Positions 6,865 to 12,954 of a stretch of 12,954 nucleotides of DNA are shown piece by piece; within the stretch, counting starts at the first letter, position 1; every line of letters begins with the position of its first letter. Both the position numbers and the translations under genes were made by a program. Origin of the DNA: Myxococcota bacterium (GTDB lineage: Bacteria; Myxococcota_A; UBA796; SXON01); contig JAZKFH010000026.1 in NCBI GenBank assembly GCA_040386535.1, forward strand, positions 78,238 to 91,191. Direction: 5' to 3'. The notes beneath the pieces are model-generated. The model was not told the origin of the DNA. It worked only from the letters and a program-made list of their open reading frames with translations, and made no database searches.

Positions 6865-7130
6865 CCCCGGGATTCCGGAGCCGGAAGCGCAGGAACGCAG
6901 GAACGGCGGAAGGCAGGAAGGGGAGATTCCGGAGCCTTGGCTCCTGCTTTCCTTGTTTCCTGCTTTCCTGATTCTCCGGAATTCCGGAGCCCGGACAATC
7001 AGGAAGGCAGGAATAGAGGAAGGCAGGAGGGCGGGATTCCGGAGCCTTGGCTCCTGCTCTCCTTGTTTCCTGCTTTCCTGAATCTCCGGAATTCCGGAGG
7101 AGGAAGGCAGAAGGGGGGAATTCCGGAGCC
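6865..7130. repeat. Intergenic REP/BIME-like palindromic repeat array with ~110-bp period
   Basis: ATTCCGGAG cores start at 6872, 6926, 6981, 7036, 7091 and 7120. Perfect palindromes CTCCGGAATTCCGGAG lie at 6974-6989 and 7084-7099. The direct repeat 6908-6989 vs 7018-7099 matches at 77/82. The inverted arms 6941-6973 vs 6997-7029 match at 28/33. Confidence 0.9.
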
Positions 7131-7163
7131 GTGTCTCCGCGGGCGGATTTTCCCCACCGCTCC

Positions 7164-8915
7164 CTAAGGTGGCCCCGGTGGCCCCGACGGCGGCCCCGGC
7201 GGGCCGGCCGGCCCCGGCTGCGGTCGCGGCGGCGGCGCGTTCTGGGTCGGCCGCTTCTCGCACGTCCAGCGGTACACGCCGCCGTTGTCGGGCCGCATCA
7301 ACACACGCGTCCAGCACGCGCCGAGCGCGTCGGGGCCGTAGCGGACGGGCCCCGTCGTCGCGAGCGCGCTGGCGGCGGGCACGGCGGCGGAGACCTCCTC
7401 GCCGGGAAACAACACGGCCGTGAGCGTGCCGGGCGCGTCGCCGAGGGCCCCGCGGCAGTTGTCGGTCGTGGTGGTGCAGCGCACGTAGGGGCGCGACGCC
7501 GCGAGCATGACCCACGGGCGCGACTGGGCGAAGTCGAGGACCACGGCGTCTGCGGGGAGCGCGGTGGCGGCCTCGTCCACCGTCCGCGCCCACTCGTCGG
7601 GCTCCACGCCGGTCCAGGGTTCGGCGTGCGGCGGCGGCGCCGCGGTCACCCCGGGCGCAACGCCCCGCCACGGCGACCCGGGCCAGAGCAGCGCCACGAT
7701 CAGTACCCCGGCGGCGGCGCCCGGCCCCGCGGCGAGCGAGATCGCCGACGCGACGAGCGCGGGCAGCACCACCACGAGGGCCAGGAAGTACCGGTGCTGG
7801 AAGTGCAGGTGCAGCACCGGCAGCGCGACGATCACGAGGGGCAGGAGCGCCACGAGCTCGTAGGCGGCACGGCGGCGGAGGTGCAAGACGACGGGCAGCA
7901 CCAGGAGGGCGGCCAGCCACAGCGGCGAGGTCGCGGGCAGCTCCATCGGCAGCGTGGCGAGCGCGGTGGGGGCGAACCAGCCGCGCCCGGCGGGCGCCTG
8001 CACCATCGTCGAGACGGCGAGCAGCGAGGCGGGCAGGTCGACCAGCGACGTGCCGATGCGCCATCCGGTGGTGGCCATGGCGGCGTCGACGTGCAGGCCG
8101 AGGTCGACGCGCGTGGTGATGAACTCGAGCGAGTAGATCGGCAGCGCCGCGCGGCCCACCAGCGCATTGGCGAGCGGGAGCGCCGCCACGAGCGGCACAC
8201 ACTCGATGATGCCGGAACGCCGCGAGCGCACCAGCGACACGACGATCCCAAGCCCCACGAGCGCCAGCGACACGGGCACCTGCTTCGGATCCGTCGCGAA
8301 CACCACCGCGGCGGCCACGGCGAGCGGGATCGTCGCGACGCGGTGGCCGCGCACCAGCGCGAGGAGCGAGAGCACGGCGAGCAGATCGGCGGCCGCCACC
8401 AGCGCGTAGGGCGTGAACTGGCGGCCCGTGTCCGCGAGCCCGGGCAGCCGCAGGCACACCACCAGCCCCGCCCACCCCGCCACGCGCCCTGCCAGCGCGC
8501 GCCCCAACGCGTAGGCGCCCAGCGCGCACGCCACGGCGAGGCCCATCGAGAGCCACGTCCCCACCTGGGCGAGGCGCGACGCGTCGGGCGCGAGCGCGCT
8601 GACGAGCGCGGCGTACGCGGGGTAGCGGTCGCCGGCGTAGAGCGCGAGGTCACCCCGCTCGAGCGCTACCGCGGCGAGGAAGTTGGCGTCGGCGTCGGGG
8701 CCCATCGGCGAGCCGAACGGGCTCAACATCGCCCATGCGCCAAGGAGCCCGGGCAGGTTCAGCGCGAGCCCCGCCACGATCAGCGCCACATCGAGGCCCC
8801 AGCGGCCCATCCACGGCCGCTCCCGCTGATCCCAGCCCTTGCGCCTTGCCCACGCCCACCCGGCCGCGCCGAGTCCGCCGCCCACCACCGCCGCCACCTC
8901 CCACGCCGCGATCAC
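7164..8915 (-). CDS. Polytopic membrane protein, probable GT-C-fold (ArnT/PMT-like) glycosyltransferase with a C-terminal extracytoplasmic domain
   Basis: About 10+ hydrophobic segments. The first loop GPDADANFLAAVALERG....GDRYPAYAALV resembles the acidic plus xPxY loop of GT-C enzymes. A late HRYFL motif and a Pro-rich tail are present. The GTG start at 8915 overlaps the upstream stop (GTGA). Confidence 0.72.
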   Translation of the reverse strand: MIAAWEVAAVVGGGLGAAGWAWARRKGWDQRERPWMGRWGLDVALIVAGLALNLPGLLGAWAMLSPFGSPMGPDADANFLAAVALERGDLALYAGDRYPAYAALVSALAPDASRLAQVGTWLSMGLAVACALGAYALGRALAGRVAGWAGLVVCLRLPGLADTGRQFTPYALVAAADLLAVLSLLALVRGHRVATIPLAVAAAVVFATDPKQVPVSLALVGLGIVVSLVRSRRSGIIECVPLVAALPLANALVGRAALPIYSLEFITTRVDLGLHVDAAMATTGWRIGTSLVDLPASLLAVSTMVQAPAGRGWFAPTALATLPMELPATSPLWLAALLVLPVVLHLRRRAAYELVALLPLVIVALPVLHLHFQHRYFLALVVVLPALVASAISLAAGPGAAAGVLIVALLWPGSPWRGVAPGVTAAPPPHAEPWTGVEPDEWARTVDEAATALPADAVVLDFAQSRPWVMLAASRPYVRCTTTTDNCRGALGDAPGTLTAVLFPGEEVSAAVPAASALATTGPVRYGPDALGACWTRVLMRPDNGGVYRWTCEKRPTQNAPPPRPQPGPAGPPGPPSGPPGPP

Positions 8916-10663
8916 CGCTCGCTCGCGAAGCGGTCGACCTGCGCATTGCGCCAGCTTCGCTGCTCGGACGGGGTGGTGTCGATCGTGGGGAACGCCCACA
9001 ACGTCGCGTGTGCTGTACGCACGGGCTCGCCGCACAGGCGCGTGAGCAGCGCGTCGGCGCGGAAGTCCGGACCGGAGTCGCGGTGGGTGAGCAGCCCGTG
9101 GCTGAAGCCGCGGTCGCGCAGCAGCCAGAGATCGCTGCGCCAGTCGCCCTCCGTCGGCAGGGGCGAGCCCCCGACGAAGCTGTTGACCGCGCGCACCAGC
9201 GGCAGCGCGCGCAGCCAGCGGTCGCCGCTCGTGGACCAGGCGGAGAGCCGCTCGATGGGCACGCTGGCGAAGGGCCGCCCGAGCAGGAGCTGGGCCGCGA
9301 TGGCGCGGGTGCGGGCCGTGGGCTCGGCGTTGGCGGTCATCCCGAAGTCGGCGACCGCGCCTCCTCCCTCGGCCACCTCGAGGCCGGCCACGTCGATCCC
9401 GGCCACCTCGAGGCCGGCCATGTCCGGCAGCGCGAACGTGTTGCGCGGCCACGGGGTCTCGTCGCGCGCGACGATGTCGATCAGCGCGAGCGGCACGAGC
9501 GCCACGGTCCACCGCCACCGCGTCGCGAGCGCGCCCAGCACGGACAGCGCCACCATCGCCGGTGCCAGGAACCGCGCGGGAAAGTTCATCGGCTCTCCGA
9601 CTACTGCCAGCGCCCGGTTCACGGCCGCCATCGGCATCCCGAACACCACCTCCCCCACGCGCAGCGGCGCCTGTTGCCACACCAGCACCGGCCCCAGCGA
9701 CAGCACCACCGACACCCCGAACACCGCCACCCACGGCCCCGCCCGCCGCGGCGCCGCCGCCACCCCGATCCCCCCGAGCACCAGCGCCACGAGCCCCAGG
9801 TAGCGCCCCCCGTCGTACCGCCGCCGCGTCCCCTCCGCCGGCGCCCACAGCTGCTCCACGCTCACCGACGCCCCCGGGTAGCGGTCGACGCTGAACGTGC
9901 CGGATGTCTCGGGTGCGTTCGCCGCCGTGCCGCCGAGCTCGGCCGTGTCACTCCCGTACGACCCCGAGAACCCGCGCACGATCGGCACCACCACGAGCAG
10001 CGCGATCCCCGCCGCGAGCGCGTAGCCCACCACCAACGACCGTCGCATCCGCAACGTGGCGAGCGCCCAGATCGCGACCGCCATCGCCAGGAACAGCCCG
10101 TGGTAGAAGCACGCCAGCACCGCCCCCGCCAGCACCATCGCGAGCGCCCCGAACCACCGCCGGTCCTCCGTGCGCCGCGCCCGCACGAGCACCGCCAGCC
10201 CGAGCGGAATCCACCACCCCTGCCGCAGCTCTCCCGCGCCCAAGTCGAGCGTGAACGCCGTGAACGCGCACCCTTGCGCCAGCGCCGAGGCGACATGTGC
10301 CCCCAACCGCGACCCGCTCACCTCCCACCCCAGCCACCCCGCGCACACCCCGAGCAGCGCCACGTGCAGCAGCGCCAGCCCATTGGAGAGCGGCACGGCC
10401 CCCACCGGCACCAACGCCGCGAACAGCCCATTGACCGGCTCGATCGGGTACAGTTGCATCCCGTCGGGAAAGTTGGCGAACCGCGTGAGCAGCCCCACCG
10501 GCCCGCCCCACACCTCGCGCCGCATCCACCACAGGTTCCACAGGTGTTTGGGCGTGTCCGTGTCGCCCCGCCCGATCGCCTCGCTGAAGAACCGCGGCAC
10601 CAGGGGCCACGTGAAGATCACCGCCAACACCGTGGCCTGGAGCAGCAGGAGGGAGCGCTTCAC
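8912..10663 (-). CDS. Polytopic membrane protein, probable GT-C-fold (YfhO-like) glycosyltransferase
   Basis: TWPL......GRGDTDTPKHLWNLWW...FANFPDG.QLY N-terminal loop, many TM segments, YLG and NFPARF motifs, and a soluble C-terminal domain. GTG start. Confidence 0.72.
   Translation of the reverse strand: MKRSLLLLQATVLAVIFTWPLVPRFFSEAIGRGDTDTPKHLWNLWWMRREVWGGPVGLLTRFANFPDGMQLYPIEPVNGLFAALVPVGAVPLSNGLALLHVALLGVCAGWLGWEVSGSRLGAHVASALAQGCAFTAFTLDLGAGELRQGWWIPLGLAVLVRARRTEDRRWFGALAMVLAGAVLACFYHGLFLAMAVAIWALATLRMRRSLVVGYALAAGIALLVVVPIVRGFSGSYGSDTAELGGTAANAPETSGTFSVDRYPGASVSVEQLWAPAEGTRRRYDGGRYLGLVALVLGGIGVAAAPRRAGPWVAVFGVSVVLSLGPVLVWQQAPLRVGEVVFGMPMAAVNRALAVVGEPMNFPARFLAPAMVALSVLGALATRWRWTVALVPLALIDIVARDETPWPRNTFALPDMAGLEVAGIDVAGLEVAEGGGAVADFGMTANAEPTARTRAIAAQLLLGRPFASVPIERLSAWSTSGDRWLRALPLVRAVNSFVGGSPLPTEGDWRSDLWLLRDRGFSHGLLTHRDSGPDFRADALLTRLCGEPVRTAHATLWAFPTIDTTPSEQRSWRNAQVDRFASER
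9371..9420 (-). repeat. Coding tandem duplication (AGLEV-AGIDV-AGLEV)
   Basis: Exact 20-mer GGCCACCTCGAGGCCGGCCA at 9371-9390 and 9401-9420, with an underlying 15-bp period. Confidence 0.85.
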
Positions 10664-10669
10664 GCGCGG

Positions 10670-10675
10670 ATCCTA
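10670..10675 (-). promoter_or_regulatory. Possible -10 element (TAGGAT) 6 nt upstream of the GTG start, suggesting a leaderless transcript
   Basis: The minus strand reads ggtgTAGGATccgcgcGTG. Confidence 0.35.
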
Positions 10676-10891
10676 CACCATGGGAGCGGCCCGGATGGGA
10701 GCGGTCCGGGCGCACCCCTCGCGCGGACGCGAGGGTCGGCCCCCGCCGGGCTCGCGCGCGGGGCGCGCTCGGTCCGCCCGCCCTCCGCGGCGGAGGCCGG
10801 GCGGGACCGGCCGCCGGGGGCGGCCGCCCTCTGGAGGCCTTGCGCGGGGGGTGGTTGGAATTGGGGGCGTTCTAACGATACGTCTCTGTCC

Positions 10892-11725
10892 ATGACCACG
10901 TTTCCCCGCTCCATGCTACGCCGGCCCGGCCTCGGCTCGCCCGTACTCCATCCCCTCGATCGTCCTGTTCACTTCCTTGTCGTCCTCGTCGGGTCGGCCG
11001 TGTTCGCCGGGTGTGACGCGTCGCAGAAGGCCGAGTCCCAATGCGACGGCGAGCGCGTGGGGTACTCCGAGACCGGCGAACGCTTCTACTCCCTCGGCGC
11101 AGCGGCGCTGTCCACGGAGGAGACCGCCGGCACGCTCCACCTGTGCCCGGGAACCCACACGGGCTCGTTGTCGATCCATGCCCCAGAGGGTGCGTCGATC
11201 ACAATCGTCGGCGCAGGCGTAGCGGACACGATCCTCGACGGAGAGGGAGAGAACCGCTTGTTATCGCTTGCCAACGGCACGTTCACCGTGTCGGGCCTCA
11301 CGGTGCAGGGCGGGGGCCTGTCCCCCGACACGGCGGACGATGGCGACTGTTGTACGCCCACGGCTGGCGCGGGCCTCGTCGTGGCCGCGGACACCACGGT
11401 CCTCCTCCAGTCGGTGCGGTTCGTCGACAACGAAGCAGACAATGGCGCCGCGATCTTGGTGAACGCCGGCGCACGTGTCACCCTGGAAGACAGCACGATG
11501 GAGTCCAATTCGGGCGAGCGGGGCGGTGGCGTGGCCCTGCGCGGGCCCGGCTCATTGCTCGTGTCGGAGGCGAGCGACTGGGGCGTCGATTCCGCCTCCG
11601 ACAATCGCGGCGGCGACGTCGCGTTTCTCGACGAGGACAGGGAGGCGGAGGACGCGCTGGGTCGCGCGTCGTTCGAGGGCGTCGCGTCGTTCACGTGCGA
11701 GTGGGACACGCTCGTGTGCGAGTGA
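10892..11725 (+). CDS. Secreted or lipoprotein with right-handed parallel beta-helix (pectin lyase-like / Pmp-like) repeats
   Basis: Hydrophobic stretch ending in AVFAGC (lipobox-like). Then TLHLCPGTH, ITIVGAG...TILDGEG, FTVSGLTVQGG, FVDNEADNGAAI and SNSGERGGGVAL. The start could be the ATG at 10892 or 10913. Confidence 0.8.
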   Translation: MTTFPRSMLRRPGLGSPVLHPLDRPVHFLVVLVGSAVFAGCDASQKAESQCDGERVGYSETGERFYSLGAAALSTEETAGTLHLCPGTHTGSLSIHAPEGASITIVGAGVADTILDGEGENRLLSLANGTFTVSGLTVQGGGLSPDTADDGDCCTPTAGAGLVVAADTTVLLQSVRFVDNEADNGAAILVNAGARVTLEDSTMESNSGERGGGVALRGPGSLLVSEASDWGVDSASDNRGGDVAFLDEDREAEDALGRASFEGVASFTCEWDTLVCE

Positions 11726-11792
11726 GGCCATCCTCGGGGAAGCCCGCTGGCGCCCCGCCGACCTCGGCGTCGGGTCGCGTTATCGAGCCACC

Positions 11793-12104
11793 ATGAGCTT
11801 CCTCGCCCTCGTCGCCCTGGTCTCCGGGGCCTGGCTACTCTGGGTCGTCGCTTGCGTACGCGGACTCTCCGCGGACATCGCCGAGGGGAAACGCCCGCAT
11901 GACGCACGCTTCAGCTTGATGCCGGTCATCCCCGTGTTTCCACTGATGGCTATCGGTTTGGCAATGGGGATCGATGGTCTCTCCGCACCGTGGGGCACGC
12001 GGCTGATCGGCGGATCTCACGCCTTGTTGGTCATCCTGTATATTGGCAGCATCATCCGAGACGTGTGTCGACTTCAGAGGGTACGTCGTGAGCCGCGCAA
12101 TTAG
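11793..12104 (+). CDS. Small hypothetical membrane protein (~3 TM segments, 103 aa)
   Basis: 3' part of ORF 11475..12104 from the ATG at 11793: MSFLALVALVSGAWLLWVVAC...SLMPVIPVFPLMAIGLAMGID...WGTRLIGGSHALLVILYIGSII. It fills the gap between the neighbouring + strand genes. Confidence 0.68.
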   Translation: MSFLALVALVSGAWLLWVVACVRGLSADIAEGKRPHDARFSLMPVIPVFPLMAIGLAMGIDGLSAPWGTRLIGGSHALLVILYIGSIIRDVCRLQRVRREPRN

Positions 12105-12147
12105 ATACGCCGCCCGCCGCCGACGCCCGGACTGCGCCCCCGCCGCG

Positions 12148-12186
12148 TTGCCGAAGGCCTCCTTCATGGCAATACTGATGTACATC
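12148..12186 (+). promoter_or_regulatory. Putative TA promoter (-35 TTGCCG, 17 bp, -10 AATACT) with operator palindrome GATGTACATC
   Basis: TTGCCG at 12148-12153, AATACT at 12171-12176, and a perfect 10-bp palindrome at 12177-12186 with a TGTACA core, 11 nt before the antitoxin ATG. Confidence 0.6.
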
Positions 12187-12197
12187 CAGGTGCCCTC

Positions 12198-12476
12198 ATG
12201 CCGCGTGCATACTCGATCGCCGAAGCGCGAGATCAGCTTCCCGCCCTCGTGCACGATGCCGAGCGGGGCGGAAGGGTTTCGCTCACCCGCAGGGGCAAGC
12301 CCGTTGCCGTGCTGATCTCCGTGTCCGAGTACGACCGCCTGACGGCCGGGCGAACGGACTTCCTCGGGGCCCTCATCGACTTCCGCGCTCGGCACGATCT
12401 GTCCGAGCTCGACCTCGGGCAGGCCCTCGACGACACCCGCGACGGCTCCCCTGGCAGGGAGACCGACTGGGGATGA
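12198..12476 (+). CDS. Phd/YefM-family type II antitoxin
   Basis: YSIAEARDQLPALVHDAERGGRVSLTRRGKPVAVLISVSEYDRL. Confidence 0.93.
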   Translation: MPRAYSIAEARDQLPALVHDAERGGRVSLTRRGKPVAVLISVSEYDRLTAGRTDFLGALIDFRARHDLSELDLGQALDDTRDGSPGRETDWG

Positions 12477-12889
12477 TCCGCTACCTTCTCGACACCAACG
12501 CGCTGTCCGAACCCGTTCGCGCGAAGCCGGACCCTCGCTTTCTCTCCCTGCTCGAGGCACACCGTGCGGAGTGCGCCATCTCCTCCGTTACCTGGCACGA
12601 GGCGATCTACAGCCTGAGCCGTCTCCCGAACGGGCGTCGTCGAGACGTACTCGACGACTACCTTCACGGGGTGGTGAAAACCTCACTCCCGGTCCTCCCG
12701 TATGACGGCCCCGCCGCAGAATGGCACGGGCAGGAACGTGCGCGCCTCGTCGCCGCCGGACTCACCCCCTCCTTTCCAGACGGACAAATCGCCGCCATCG
12801 CCCGGACGCAGGGCCTCGTGGTGATCACCGCCAATCACGACGACTTCAAGCACTTCGACGGAATCGAGATCCAATCCTGGCGCGACTGA
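12473..12889 (+). CDS. vapC: PIN-domain VapC-family toxin (ribonuclease)
   Basis: YLLDTNALSE, ISSVTWHE, FPDGQIAAIA and VITANHDDF supply the acidic PIN residues. ATGA overlap with the antitoxin. Confidence 0.94.
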   Translation: MIRYLLDTNALSEPVRAKPDPRFLSLLEAHRAECAISSVTWHEAIYSLSRLPNGRRRDVLDDYLHGVVKTSLPVLPYDGPAAEWHGQERARLVAAGLTPSFPDGQIAAIARTQGLVVITANHDDFKHFDGIEIQSWRD

Positions 12890-12954
12890 CCGGGTCAGCT
12901 ACTACCCCGGCGGTCAAACAGTGTCCTCGTCAGGCGGCATAGCGCACATGCCTT

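Noticed and set aside
6865..7130. CRISPR array
   Set aside because: The constant core is only ~9-12 bp, the intervening segments are repeats or inverted copies of each other rather than unique spacers, and no cas genes are in the window
6742..7167. ORFs crossing the repeat array (6323..7081, 6742..8556, 6937..7167) with repeated peptides such as GIPEPWLLLSLFPAFL
   Set aside because: The peptide repeats simply reflect the DNA repeat. There is no credible start or RBS, and the ORFs overlap real genes in other frames.
7164..10663. Both GT-C-like genes are exactly 1752 nt (583 aa), suggesting a tandem duplication
   Set aside because: No evident sequence similarity between the two proteins and the starts are inferred, so this is probably coincidence
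10690..10850. GC-rich intergenic region as a structured ncRNA or Moco/TPP riboswitch
   Set aside because: No recognisable riboswitch consensus. Pairing potential is expected at this GC content, and the region is not adjacent to moaC or yjbQ.
7047..10891. Very long + strand ORFs (7047..9803 and the 5' part of 8735..11725)
   Set aside because: They are Arg/Pro/Gly-rich shadow frames antisense to convincing membrane-protein genes, as expected from stop-codon scarcity at very high GC. Only the part from ~10892 looks like real protein.
12886..12917. Inverted repeats after vapC (CTGACC-G-GGTCAG; TGACCG...CGGTCA) as a terminator or attC site
   Set aside because: The stems are short or imperfect, there is no U-tract, and no clear RYYYAAC/GTTRRRY attC boxes are present

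Overview
Very GC-rich bacterial DNA, most likely Myxococcota-like given the MYXO-CTERM-type sorting tail. The window opens with the 3' part of a + strand acidic, Ca-binding (TSP3-like DxDxDG) repeat surface protein. A long run of minus-strand genes follows. In reading order these are: two large polytopic membrane proteins resembling GT-C-fold glycosyltransferases, DoxX, DUF6165-like, moaC, a DUF3105-like lipoprotein, a Thr-type sulfatase-superfamily enzyme, an SGNH hydrolase, yjbQ, VF530/DUF2132-like and DUF1456/YehS-like. On the right, + strand genes encode a beta-helix lipoprotein, a small membrane protein and a Phd/YefM-VapC toxin-antitoxin pair with a TGTACA operator palindrome. The most unusual element is a non-coding ~270-330 bp array at ~6820-7150. 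It has ~110-bp units built from a 16-bp palindrome and alternating purine/pyrimidine arms with 8-bp periodicity. Family names come from motif recognition, not database searches.
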